DNA of 63,837 nt, counting the filler, from Globobulimina sp. (Eukaryota): the NCBI GenBank assembly GCA_003354225.1. It is 54 parts of 54 records of this genome, joined end to end, with 100 filler letters (N's around TTAATTAATTAA, not from the genome) between each part and the next. Parts side by side here need not be neighbours in the genome. Positions count along the whole stretch, not along the records: positions 24,877 to 25,960 come from PIVH01023969.1; positions 26,061 to 27,144 come from PIVH01023970.1; positions 27,245 to 28,328 come from PIVH01023971.1; positions 28,429 to 29,512 come from PIVH01023972.1; positions 29,613 to 30,696 come from PIVH01023973.1; positions 30,797 to 31,880 come from PIVH01023974.1; positions 31,981 to 33,064 come from PIVH01023975.1; positions 33,165 to 34,248 come from PIVH01023976.1; 46 more parts are not named here. The stretch is one strand, 5' to 3'. Under the pieces are notes generated by a model, which was given only the letters and a program-made list of their open reading frames with translations, did no database searches and had not been told where the DNA came from. The position numbers and the translations under genes are program-made. Of this stretch, positions 25,423 to 37,999 are shown piece by piece (position 1 is the first letter of the stretch; each line of letters starts with the position of its first letter).

Positions 25423-25960
25423 ATGTATTATGAATTAGCTACGTTTGATGAAGAACATAAGTTCAAGTGGCTTGATAAATGGATGCTATATTTCATATTT
25501 GTGACAAGATTTCCAATGAACAAACCAAGATTTGTAGCATACAATATATTTGTGGTGTTAGTTGGCGTTGCGTATTCAGTTTATGTATGGTGTATTTATT
25601 TAGTTGAAACAGATACAATTACTTTTTCTGCTGCAATATGTTGGCAATTAATTTTAATGGGCAGCAGAATTATATCAATGTATTATTACTATTTCAATTT
25701 TAACTATCCATGGTATTCACATTTGAAAAGCAAAATTAAAGTTGATAATTTTAATGGTGGTTCATTTCTCACTCACTACAGTAATAGTATTGCATTAATG
25801 TTGTTGCTGCAATTCCTAATTACCGTTATTTTTTCATTGGTGGCCTGCCTGATCATGAGTCGCCACGGTGCTTATTGGCGGATATATATTATCGAAAATT
25901 CTGTGATCGGAATAATATGGACAATTCCCAATTATTTCATGATTTTTATCCATGCTGTGA
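25423..25960 (+). CDS. Multi-pass membrane protein N-terminus, divergent from the previous gene
   Basis: Several TM helices; 88-bp intergenic gap. Confidence 0.5.
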
Positions 25961-26060
25961 NNNNNNNNNNNNNNNNNNNNNNNNNNNNNNNNNNNNNNNN
26001 NNNNTTAATTAATTAANNNNNNNNNNNNNNNNNNNNNNNNNNNNNNNNNNNNNNNNNNNN

Positions 26061-27144
26061 AGAATGGAGACGGTGTATAATGCAGAAAAGGCGGCGGATG
26101 CATTGCCATTTAATGAGTTGCCTTTGGGTGTTAAGACCGTGTTAGTTTCGATTGAATATAAATGGGGCCATTCGTTCAACGCACAATTTTGGGAATATAT
26201 TAAAGTGAATGATTTCGAAGGCGCAGTTTACGAATTACTACATTTTCATGGTGGCGCTGTAAGCAGCGCGCGATTACGATCTGAAGCAAATGTATTGACC
26301 GCATCCTTGGGCTGTGTGACCAATATCGACTGTGCGTTTTTAGTGGATGAGTCCGACAGTGTTGGTCCGCGTAATTTTGATTTAATATTGGATTGGATGG
26401 CTGAATTTGTTGGCTCCTTTGATGGAACAAATTTGAATCAAACTAATATTGATCTTGGAACAAGATTTGGTGTGGCAACATTTTCTACCATTAATAATTT
26501 GAGGGATGAGTTTTTTCTTAAATTCATATACGACCACTGCTGAGTATACAGATCGTATTTTATCAATTAATTATGACGGTGGAAGTACATATTTAGGTGC
26601 TGCATTGACACAGGTGACAGGTTTATATATTTATATTTTTAAACTATTTTAGTTTTCATCCAATATTAATATATCCAGGTCGGTGTTACTCAATTTACGG
26701 AACTTAACGGAATGCGCTCCGCTTCTGTGGGTATTCCGCGATTATTAATTGTATTAACGGATGGCAAGGCAGGCGACGATGTGGCGGCTGGTGTAGCAAC
26801 ATTGGATGCTTTAAATTTGAATTTAAATTTTATTGCCATTGGTATTGCTGATTATTCTCTTTCGCAGTTAGAGCAAATTACAACCAGTGATCATAACATT
26901 TATACTGTTGATTCTTTCACGAAATTATCCACAATTTCAGATGGTGTGATCACACAGAGCTGCTATGCTCTGACTCAATGAAATGTTGGTGATGTTATAG
27001 AGGATGTTTCTGCGGAAGAGGGTCGCACAAAATATTTCTATTTTCAACACAATAATCTTCAATATCTAAATATGGAAATAAGTGATTTAAATTTGGCTTA
27101 CAAGTTGATGGCATATCCCAGGAATTTGAACAAGCTTCGGTTGC
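26061..27144 (+). CDS. Pesticin-like lysozyme domain fused to a VWA domain (intron-containing; frameshift and TGA, possibly a pseudogene)
   Basis: FNELPLGVKTVLVSIEYKWG...FWEYIKVNDFEGAVYELLHF...RLRSEANVL; MIDAS DESDS, GGSTY, LTDG; intron 26614-26678; extra A near 26520; TGA 26979-26981. Confidence 0.7.
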
Positions 27145-27244
27145 NNNNNNNNNNNNNNNNNNNNNNNNNNNNNNNNNNNNNNNNNNNNTTAATTAATTAA
27201 NNNNNNNNNNNNNNNNNNNNNNNNNNNNNNNNNNNNNNNNNNNN

Positions 27245-28226
27245 AATGTATCTGTCCTCGATTTGTCTGCTTATAATCATCGCCGTTATTCCATTCTGGA
27301 TCTAAAAAAATCACATCCACACTGTTCAACTCATTATGCAATTCATTAAAATCCATATTATAAAAATGATATTTCTCCTTCTCATTGCAAATAAAAGCAT
27401 GCTCCGCAAAGACCCGCATATTATGTTTCAATGCGTGGTATCTTTCCGCGTCCAGCTCATTTGCATAGATTTTATGATTTTGGCCTGAAAATATTTTAGC
27501 AAAAGAATACGTATTACCACCAATGCAAGCTAAGCCATCCAATATTTTTAGGTGTGTCTTGTTGTTAAATTTCACATTTTTACTCGCGAAATATTCGTTT
27601 AATAGCAGCTTAATAACGAGCGAGATTTTATGTGCAATGGAATTGGATGTAATAAAAAAGGAGGTATCTCTGCAGAAATGTAACTGTGATAATACCGATT
27701 CATTGCCGCTCAAATCTGTCCATAACTTCTTCATTCTGCATCGTTCCACATAGTTATAATTCATATCGTCATTGTTATTGTTATGGTGGTTGTTATTGAA
27801 TGATCTCCGGTTATCATTTTGTCTCTGTTTTCTTGTGGTGATCGTATTGTTTTTATTTGGGTGTAATAATCGTGTTTTGGGCGTATGTCTGATGGATTGT
27901 AATGATTTTGAATTATTATTGTTGTGCTTGTTGTGGCTGATTTGATCATGGAAGAAATTACGTGGTGTACTAAAAGAATTGAATGATTTGCTCTGTGATG
28001 GTCTGCTAATCGAATGAGTGTTGGAATTATTATTATTTGTGTTTTGATTTAAATCATTTGATGCATTGTTGACAACAATACGTGCACGTTTTGATGGTCT
28101 GGATGTTGAGTGACCCGTTTTGTTGTTGTTATCGTTCTTACCCAATGCAAATATTGCTCGTTTAAACATCATCATTTGTTGAGCGTTACGTTTGCGTGGA
28201 TTCCTTTTATTGCTGGCTTCACTCAT
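27245..28226 (-). CDS. RNA cap guanine-N2 methyltransferase (TGS-like), 3'-partial
   Basis: KILDGLACIGGNTYSFA (motif I), ANELDAERYHALKHN, VIFLDPEW..GDDYK; Asn-rich N-terminal extension. Confidence 0.75.
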
Positions 28227-28600
28227 TTTGCAGATAGTTGGGCGGCGTTTTCAAAAAGATTTTCGAACTTTGAAAGAGTAGCTAAGTTGAACGAAAGTAT
28301 AGTTGAACGAGCTTGGTAGGTTAAGTTGNNNNNNNNNNNNNNNNNNNNNNNNNNNNNNNNNNNNNNNNNNNNTTAATTAATTAANNNNNNNNNNNNNNNN
28401 NNNNNNNNNNNNNNNNNNNNNNNNNNNNGAAATTACTAAAATTGTGGAATCTGGATTGTCTTTTCCCTCTTTTTTGACTTAAAATACAAAATACCACAGT
28501 TTTTCAAGATTTCAATAATTATTCCAATTTCTACAATTATTCAGAATACAAATATGTAAACCCTTTCGAAAATCGTAATATTGCTTCAGTTCCAGTTAAA

Positions 28601-29491
28601 CTAAAGATGTAGTTTCTTTTTCTGAATTTGATTTGCTTGAAACCAGAGATATAATTCAACAGCGATCATATTAAAAACCCAACATGACCATGTTGCTGCA
28701 GTGTACGCAGATTCATATTTAATATATTCTGGTAATGGGCGTCCCCATGGATCATATTTTGCTGTATCTTCACCATAAAACCCGTATGATGGACCATTAT
28801 CAAACCCAAAAACAAACAGCAAGACCCAAAACCGAAACATTGCTGGACTTAGCATTAAGCCATAACTTCGTAGCATCCACATTCTATGTTTTCCAATGCG
28901 ATGTTTTTTATCTTTTTCATTCTCATGTTCGTGTTTAAATACTTTAATTAGTTTAATATAATAAAATCCAATCATTGTACTACAAAACCATAACATACTT
29001 GCAACCATTAACGATAATTTGGTGGAGAATCCACCAATTTCGGCATTAAAGGCCATTGCAAATGAGCCAATGGATGAAAAAAAAGTGCAAAATACATAGA
29101 TTCTTCCAAAGTATTTATGTAAATTACTAAATTGTCTCCTTAAAGGACCACAAACTTGGAAACTACCAATTATCTGACTCCTGAATGTGTGTATCACAGA
29201 TTCACAGTTAACCAATTAAAATAGTTGACGTATAACTACAAACCAAAAAGCGGGAATTATATGCAGGAATACCAAGAATTTTTCATCTTTGTAATGGCGT
29301 TGACGAAAATATATCTCATTGAATGAATAATAGAATGAAGCTAAAACACACATAAATATAGATAGTGATAACAAAACAATCCATATTAACCAACGGCACC
29401 AATGCCATTCGGGAAATAAGTCCTTTACAATGTCTATGGCTTTTGATTTTGTTTCAGTTTTGCTATCATAAGGTTGGGTCAAATGTTGCAT
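28601..29491 (-). CDS. DUF2306-type membrane protein, 2 exons
   Basis: LHIIPAFW|SQIIGSFQ...LHKYFGRIYV...HRMWMLRSY; GT-AG intron 29181-29243. Confidence 0.8.
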
Positions 29492-29612
29492 CTCAACTAC
29501 GCTGCTTGACCCNNNNNNNNNNNNNNNNNNNNNNNNNNNNNNNNNNNNNNNNNNNNTTAATTAATTAANNNNNNNNNNNNNNNNNNNNNNNNNNNNNNNN
29601 NNNNNNNNNNNN

Positions 29613-30074
29613 TATGCCTGCTGCAGCCCAATAGGACTGTTTTTCCTTTGCCTTGTCAGCTGCATGACTATGTTTTACTGGTTGATAATGGGTATGTTCA
29701 TGTTTGTGTATATATGTACTACCATCGTTATCGGTATGTGCGTGTGCATGTACATGGTTATCACGTCTGTAGTTTATAACTTTTATCAATGCCCAGATAC
29801 CTATTACTACCAAAAGGATACCTACAATTTTTTCACTATTGTGTGAAATGAAATCAATTGGTATTAATTCTCGGAAAAAGAAGAAAACTAAACCTATTAG
29901 TAACATTCCAGCAACATGACCGATACCCCATGACATACCAATTAGCCATGGTCTGAATTTGGCATTAAGCGCCAATGGGCTTACAGCCGCTAAATGATCA
30001 GGTCCAGCAACAACATGGATAATTGATGCTAATATGCCAAATAATATCGGAAAGCTTATTAATGTTTCTGCCAT
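29613..30074 (-). CDS. Nickel/cobalt transporter, UreH/HoxN-like (bacterial), 3'-partial
   Basis: HVVAGPDHLAAV, WGIGH, His-rich loop. Confidence 0.8.
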
Positions 30075-30194
30075 CAGAGTATTGTTAAATAGTGATGCAA
30101 AGATAAGTCTATTTGTTAATTAATTCACAACAAAAATTAAGTATTTTTAGTGAAAAAAACAAAGTATTTTTGTTTGATCAAATAAAGTGGGTCC

Positions 30195-30696
30195 ATGCAA
30201 CGATTTTTTATCAAACTGGCTTATAATGGAGCAAACTATCATGGATGGCAAATGCAGGATAACGCACATTCTGTTCAGTCGGAAATAACAGAGAAGTTAT
30301 CTTTACTATTAAATGAAAGTATAAGCATTGTAGGATGTGGCAGAACTGACACTGGTGTTCATGCACGCGAATTTTATGCACATTTTGAGTTGCCTGAATT
30401 AAAACTCCATGAGAAAGATCTAATTTACAAGCTAAATAGTTTTCTCCCCACCGATATTGTTATCTACAATATTTATGAAGTTTCAGCAAACCTTCACAGC
30501 AGATTTAATGCAATAAGCCGGACGTATAAATATTATATTTCTCTGATAAAGAATCCATTCACTCAAGATATAAGTTATTATTTTAACGGAACTCTTGACG
30601 TGGATGCGATGAATAGAGCATGCTCTTTTTTGCTTGATCAAAAAGATTTCACAAGGTTCTCAAAGTTGCACACGCAAACTGCCACAAACTATTGTG
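30195..30696 (+). CDS. truA: tRNA pseudouridine(38-40) synthase, 3'-partial (Bacteroidota-like)
   Basis: YNGANYHGWQ, GCGRTDTGVHA, HSRFNAISRTYKY. Confidence 0.95.
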
Positions 30697-30796
30697 NNNN
30701 NNNNNNNNNNNNNNNNNNNNNNNNNNNNNNNNNNNNNNNNTTAATTAATTAANNNNNNNNNNNNNNNNNNNNNNNNNNNNNNNNNNNNNNNNNNNN

Positions 30797-31245
30797 GTCG
30801 CAATAATAAGTGCTGCCAATAGATAATAATATGATAAATATGATATATGGATGGCATCTTCATCGAATTCTCAGTCGACATCATTTGAATCTGTGGTCAT
30901 GGAATGTATATCGTAGATGTAAATGAATAATATTATATTTACACCAAATTGAATGATCGATGTTACCATTGCTGCGCAAAATAATCCATTATAAAATGAT
31001 GCTTTCTCCATCAAAAATATTACTAATGAGAATAATAACAATAAGGCATTCAAATCTGAGAATACTATTAAGGAGATTGGAAGTGACCGCTTCACATTCA
31101 TTGGATGAATGCAATCCTCATTACCATATTGTATTACATCTAATGTCCACAGTGAGCCCAATGTGCAACAAATTATCCATGCTGTCCATGTGACATATAT
31201 AATTATACCAAATATACAATGGACGAAGTTAATATTCAACGGCAT
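30797..31245 (-). CDS. Multi-pass membrane protein; frame continues past a TGA at 30871-30873
   Basis: Three TM helices, then DVD*EFDEDAIHISYLSYYYLLAALII to the contig end. Confidence 0.45.
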
Positions 31246-31980
31246 GGTGTGTTAATTATAATATCAGTAATGACTAGCTTGAAGATTAAAAACAGCACAA
31301 CCTCAGATCATCGAAACTGTCTACTGATCGCTCTGAACCTAGCACAATCTAAGCACATCGATTTTAATATCAAAAACACTATAAAGTCAATGATCCAATA
31401 ATAGTAAACAAGAGGGTCCATTTTCTTATACCAGGTCATGTATTTTGGTGATCGGATTTTTACTTTTGTAGTTGATCGGACTTCAACTTTTGTAGTTAAT
31501 CGCTCACCACAATAAATTAGCTCAATAGTTGTGACTGCACTGCAGTATGGGAATGATGAGGGAATAGTCTCATACATTTAGATGGACCCTAATAAAAGTC
31601 GGCAGCAGTGTTATACATCAAGCAAATAGACAAACGAAGATTCCATTATTTATTGTGTCAATGTACTGAATTAGCACATTATACATTAATTATGATGATG
31701 GATGGATCAATTCTATGTAGTGTATGGTTGTTTTATAAATGCATCAATTTCCATTCAAATAGCGAATTATATCAAATACATTTTAAAAAACAATATACAT
31801 GACATCAGCGTTGACCAATCGAATCCTTTATTAACGCAAGCTTAAGTCATAAACAAAGTTTGAAGCTTTGATACACAGACNNNNNNNNNNNNNNNNNNNN
31901 NNNNNNNNNNNNNNNNNNNNNNNNTTAATTAATTAANNNNNNNNNNNNNNNNNNNNNNNNNNNNNNNNNNNNNNNNNNNN

Positions 31981-32446
31981 TGTGATTATTGCAAATGCAA
32001 TTCGATCCGCATTGTCGCACATTAAATTTGTGTTTGGATAAAAGGTTGTGGGATAGAATTGAGCAATTAAGTGTAAAACAATTGTTTTCTTGGCTACAAA
32101 GTGCAAGGATACATATAAAAAATGCAGCATTTATGCGCATATGATATAATTTTATTATTTTAAATAAAATGTCCTTGCAAAAACAAGCCCTCACACAACA
32201 TATACAGCTCCATCATATTCAATCAATAATATATGATTGATATCCAATATATTCTCACTTTTTCCTTATTTCCCAACAAATAATTCTGTCACTTTTCCTT
32301 ATCAAACTGCCCAGACAAATATCTTTTATCACCATTTTTCACTTTCTTTATCCACCCACAACATTTTATTCTATCCCACAACCTTTTATCCAAACACAAA
32401 TTTAATGTGCGACAATGCGGATCGAATTGCATTTGCAATAATCACA
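31981..32446. repeat. Perfect 79-bp inverted repeat
   Basis: 31981-32059 is the exact reverse complement of 32368-32446. Confidence 0.9.
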
Positions 32447-33554
32447 AATATAATCAATACCACAAAAATAAACAACGTATCACGCAATTCCTCCATGAAT
32501 TAATGTCCATACAATTGGGATTCAGCAAACCTGGGACATGGTCATGCTTTAGGATTGTACACAAAATGTGTAAATGTTTGTTTTTCCAAGCATAAAACTC
32601 CAAAAAGCTAAAATCAAGTAACAAATCATGTCACAGTCAGCCTCTCAAAAGTCGTGACACCAAAGTTAATGTAAAGGGATGCTATGGTTATTGGACATTC
32701 TTATTTTATGGTCAAAAGGATTCCAATATTACGCGTTGCTGAAATAAAGTGATTTCCAATTGGAATCCGTTATATGCGTTGTTTTGATAGGAAGGAGAAG
32801 GTCGTGGAACAAAATTTTTCGGGGGAATCCCCATCAAACACATCAAACAATCTAAATATGATATTTATATTGGAAAAGAAGGGTATCATTTTTTTTATGA
32901 AACCCTTTACAATTATTTGAATGCATAAATAATGAAAATAACTTACACAATGATCCAACCCCCATTCACTGAACACATAAAAAAATGTTGATTTTTTTAT
33001 AGATTTTCCCTTTTAAATGAACCAAATGTAATATAGCATTTATCATTCAATACTGAACCTAATTNNNNNNNNNNNNNNNNNNNNNNNNNNNNNNNNNNNN
33101 NNNNNNNNTTAATTAATTAANNNNNNNNNNNNNNNNNNNNNNNNNNNNNNNNNNNNNNNNNNNNGCCACACTTGAATTCCATACCAAATAGATACAATAA
33201 TAAAAATCCATACAAATATTATTCCATAACTTGTAAACCCTAAACCGTTTACCCACCGTAATCCTAAAACTATATTTATATTTTCTGTAAACTGAGTAGC
33301 CGCCATGGGTGTAATACAATAACTATTAAATGTATCGTTCCAATCTAATGCAATTTTAGTGACATTAATGAAACTTGACTGTGCAAAAAAAAACTTTCGA
33401 GATTAATCTAATTTATATCAGATCCATTTATCATCAAATATATGATTCCTTCACCTACGAATCATATATCCAGGAATTTCAACTTAAAAACTATAAACAA
33501 AAAAACTGTACAAACAAAATCAAAAATAAAATTATATAATATTACACGTTATTT

Positions 33555-34248
33555 TTATGTTGAATTATCTCTCATTTCCTCATCGTATGAACTTAATTGT
33601 TTTAAAATAATGTTTTTTGGTGTCGGCGAACTGGCGAGCTCAACGTCAGAGGTTTGCGAACTGCCTTTATGAATTGAGCCGACATGTAATTTATTCAATT
33701 TTGCTCGCAATCCTTTCATATATTTTTTGACCGCTTCACCCTCATCATTTTTATTGACATATTCCTCGCCGTCCATATCCCGCCAAATGGCGAATAAACG
33801 CGGCAATATCATCACCGCACAACAAAAATTACAAATCATCAATAAAATAAAAGAAATAAAAGAATAAAAAAAGATGGAATTCGTGGGCGAATCGACGGTG
33901 ATAATGGAAGAGATTGCCAACGTTACAAATATTAACAACACAGAGATGATCATACACATCAAAACCTGCAAACCTTCGTTAAACTTCATCATCGAAACTG
34001 TGCTATACACCGAGATGGATAAAATGATACAATATAACGAGAATATTAATTTCGGTACACCTAAGACAATAAAATAAATATAACCGAATGGTTGCGGCGA
34101 ACAGGAGCCCCATTAGGTGGCGGCGTGATTTATTATCTCTCCCTCGCCATATTTGCGCCAATACGGGATGGCTGCCATCAAAATTATGCACAAAATCGAG
34201 TCAAAACATATAAATATCACATTGCCAATCACTATGCTCCTCAGCGGC
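33555..34248 (-). CDS. Family C-like 7TM receptor, C-terminal part
   Basis: TM5-7 pattern: KFNEGLQVLMCMII...VMILPRL, followed by a cytoplasmic tail. Confidence 0.55.
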
Positions 34249-34411
34249 NNNNNNNNNNNNNNNNNNNNNNNNNNNNNNNNNNNNNNNNNNNNTTAATTAA
34301 TTAANNNNNNNNNNNNNNNNNNNNNNNNNNNNNNNNNNNNNNNNNNNNTGTTAACATGAATATATTATTTATTTTATATTTTGCAGTGATAATTTTCCAT
34401 TATCTTCATAC

Positions 34412-35076
34412 AGAGGAAAGTCGAAGCATTATCTGAGAAAAATAATGAATATAAACAAGTTGAGCAATAATATACAACCACAATAAAATAAGCACATCAC
34501 ATGAGATAAAATGAAAAGGCAAATTTAAGACTACAATCAACCATTTCAACTCTACAAACTCAAATTGAATCTTTAGAATCTCAACTCAATCAAAGCCAAA
34601 ATGAGAAAAAAAAATTACAAGTTAACAAACACAGATATGCAATAAATATATAATACCGCTACAATTTGTGTATTGTGTATATATAGCGAGATAATGGCAA
34701 GTTATTAGATGATGCGAAGGAATCCCAAATGACCATACAAGATTTAAAGAAGCATATTAAAGAGTTAAAATTAAAAAATATAGACACGGCGCGATATTTG
34801 GAATGGGGAGAAGAGGAAATATTGGGGTGGATCATGTCATTGGAGGATGGGCGGTATGCTAAATATGAGGCTGTGTTAAAGGAATCGTTGAGTGACGAAG
34901 AGGTGAAAGGGATAAATTTAAGAAAAGTTGATACGGCAGATGTAAGGGGTTGGGGTGTTAAGAGATTTGATGACAAAAAAGATTTGACACAAAGTATTCA
35001 ACAATTGGTTCAACAAAATCTTAATGTGCAGAAAAATCTTGGTGTAGATGAAGGTGCATCAACTCCTTACATTTAA
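34412..35076 (+). CDS. Coiled-coil + SAM domain protein, multi-exon, partial
   Basis: YLEWGEEEILGWIMSL...EEVKGINL...VRGWGVKRFDDKKDL; short introns upstream. Confidence 0.7.
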
Positions 35077-35281
35077 TTCCCAAAAAATATATTATTGACT
35101 TATTATAGCATTTGTACATCTTTTAATTTCTATTCTCATTCTCTTTTTTTTTTATTGAATACTGTTCTATTTTTTGTATCTAGCACTCAGTGCACAATTT
35201 ATTAGCAGATTTCCTTTATATGTGCGAGGATAGAGGTGTTCTGAGAAATCAGCGTTTCGGTCAATACTAAGCTCTGTGCTG

Positions 35282-35432
35282 ATGGCACTTCCTTTCCTTT
35301 TATGTGCATTCGCTTATTTATTGTTAATCATAACAGACACAAATGGAATGATTAAGAAGAAATTTGTGAATAATATTGCATCAAAGTCTTTGTTCTGCAA
35401 TGCATGTGGAATGATAGCAGATACATTGAATC
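35282..35432 (+). CDS. Secreted protein start with CxxC (saposin/Canopy-like)
   Basis: Signal peptide, then SLFCNACGMIADTL. Confidence 0.4.
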
Positions 35433-35581
35433 NNNNNNNNNNNNNNNNNNNNNNNNNNNNNNNNNNNNNNNNNNNNTTAATTAATTAANNNNNNNNNNNN
35501 NNNNNNNNNNNNNNNNNNNNNNNNNNNNNNNNCTGATTCGCAAAGCGGAGAATCAAAAACAAAGCCGACAAACTCAGAAAC

Positions 35582-36616
35582 ATGTTGCAAAACATGATAC
35601 AAATCATTGTTATTTTTATGTCAATTACAGACTTATCCAAAAGTGTTAATTTACCAGCTGAAGTCTATCAGAAAATTGAAAGTTGGCTTCCTACCCCTTC
35701 ACAAAATGCGTATCGATTATCATCCCACTCAAGTGCTCAGACATCAAAACAAAAACACATTATCACAGATCTTCAACAATTAAAAAAAATCATAAAAGTT
35801 GGATCTTCAACGTTTAAAAGATCTTCAGCGACAATTCATAGAAACTATTTATTCGAGTTGGATAAATTATCTTTTATAAAGTTAAATAGAATGATGAAAC
35901 AAGTGAAAAACTCTAAGATTTTAAATGTGTTTATTTTCCCAAATATTGAAATTTTGAAGCATTACATCAATACACCAAAGGATGTCCTGAAATTTATTGG
36001 TGTCAACCAGTATAAATTAGATTCATTACAACTTATTTGGAAAATGACAGAAATGATCACAGGTAGAAATTTTATCAATGTGGCAAATTGTACTCTTATT
36101 ACACCTCTTTTGGATGAAATTAAAACATTGAGACCTTTGGCAAATTCGTTATTTGGAACATTAGGTCAAAGATATTTTCCAATAGGTGTTGACAGTCCGA
36201 TAGTTCCGATACCAATAGGTGCTGATATTATTGATTTTAGAAATGTTGTGGTAATAAAATATGTTTTGGATTATTTAAATGCTGATAGGTTAAATGCGTA
36301 TCAGTATCACCACCTGCATTTTCAATTCGTTGCCCAAGCAATTGAATCTGTTATTATCAATGGTAGAATTGATTTATTTCGAACCATATTACAAGTTGGT
36401 GAATATGTATTAAATTATGATTTGTTTGCCAGGTTGTTACAGGACAAAGACATGATTGATGATACAACATATCTCAAAGTTATCCAACACGTGTTTTCAA
36501 TATCTTTACAATTTAGAATTGATAAAATTGATAGCACTAAAATGGAAATGTTTTGCAAAGAATTACGGCAAATAGAAGCAAAGATAATTAAAAATGAGGG
36601 GTGGAAAAAATTAATG
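35582..36616 (+). CDS. Hypothetical protein with signal-like N-terminus and F-box-like segment, 3'-partial
   Basis: MIQIIVIFMSITDLSKS then LPAEVYQKIESWL; ~345-aa open frame. Confidence 0.55.
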
Positions 36617-36835
36617 NNNNNNNNNNNNNNNNNNNNNNNNNNNNNNNNNNNNNNNNNNNNTTAATTAATTAANNNNNNNNNNNNNNNNNNNNNNNNNNNN
36701 NNNNNNNNNNNNNNNNGAATTCGGATTAGAATGAGGATTTAGAATAAAACTTGTTTTGTTGAATTTAAGATTCCTCAATAAATGCGACGTTGTTATTCCC
36801 CAAAAGTTTCACAAACTGATAGTAAGTATACCGGT

Positions 36836-37140
36836 CAAAACAAAACACATTATAAAACAAGATAAAACATGATAAAACATATTATAAAACATAACAAAAC
36901 ATATTGTAAAACATGATGAAACAATAAAAAAACATATTGTAAAACAACATAAAACATATTATAAAACACACAAAATAATTTATAAAACACAATAAAACAA
37001 TTTCTGAAACATAGTAAAACATTTGACAAAACATAATAAAACAAATTATAAAACACCCAAAATAATTTATAAAACAAATGAAAAACAACATAAAACAAGT
37101 TATGAAACAAACAATAAATTAGAAAACACCAAAAAAACTG
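36836..37140. repeat. A-rich simple repeat (ATAAAAC-like units)
   Basis: Dozens of degenerate taaaaca units. Confidence 0.9.
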
Positions 37141-37228
37141 TAACCACTTAAGTCAACATACTGAAGTACACAAATAATGACACGAAGAGACCATATGGTT
37201 AAACCGACCATGATATAAATTATACAGT

Positions 37229-37296
37229 ATCCATGTAGCTCAATTGGTAGAGCATTGGTTTACCAAATTATGCAGGTTCGACTCCTGCCGTGGTCA
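37229..37296 (+). pseudogene. tRNA-derived pseudogene or SINE head
   Basis: A-box TAGCTCAATTGGTAGAGC; T-arm GCAGG-TTCGACT-CCTGC; anticodon stem TTGGT/ACCAA with only a 2-nt loop. Confidence 0.75.
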
Positions 37297-37900
37297 ATGG
37301 ACGTCGATCATCAATCAGTTAAGAATATACACGATACGAAAATTCGCATAATATATTCAATACAGGTAATTGGAGGATTATTGTGGAGTATTATTATGGA
37401 GTCATTGAGGAAATTGAAATTAAAATAATTGAAATTGTTGAATTTTATGTTGCCTATTTTTTGGTGTACGTTTAGAACGACGCATCGCTCCCAATATTAA
37501 TCACAACGATTTATATTCATTTTACTCACAACAATGAAACAGAATTAATACTTTTCACATTATTTCAATATATGCAGAAACACAAACAACTGACTTGTGC
37601 TTATGCAACATATTAAGCGTTACTTTTTATTGCAAGACACAATTTTACCATATAAAAAAGCGATAATAGAATTTGCGATTTACGCATCCATTAACACATT
37701 TAGAATGGCAAAAGTTAGTGGATCAATGCGAGACAAATCAATCCTTTAATATTTCATAGCAGACAATACAGCATTAATTATATCAAATTGTATTCTAATC
37801 NNNNNNNNNNNNNNNNNNNNNNNNNNNNNNNNNNNNNNNNNNNNTTAATTAATTAANNNNNNNNNNNNNNNNNNNNNNNNNNNNNNNNNNNNNNNNNNNN

Positions 37901-37999
37901 ATATATGATCAATATATTAGCTATATATTAGCATATATTAGTACTAATCATATATATTAGCTACTAATATGCGTATCTCTTATCGGGAACACTACTGTA
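37901..37999. mobile_element. Right end of a second copy of the 357-559 MITE family
   Basis: atatgcgtatctcttatcgggaacactactg + TA (37998-37999); same subterminal atatattagc repeats. Confidence 0.88.

Noticed and set aside
14904-30873. Alternative genetic code (stop codon reassignment)
   Set aside because: Lesions involve different codons and frameshifts, and long conserved ORFs (tubulin, LETM1, DUF917) have no internal stops; RPB4 ends in TGA and the DUF2306 gene in TAG.
36850-37110. Hydrophobic ORFs on the minus strand
   Set aside because: Translations of the A-rich simple repeat.
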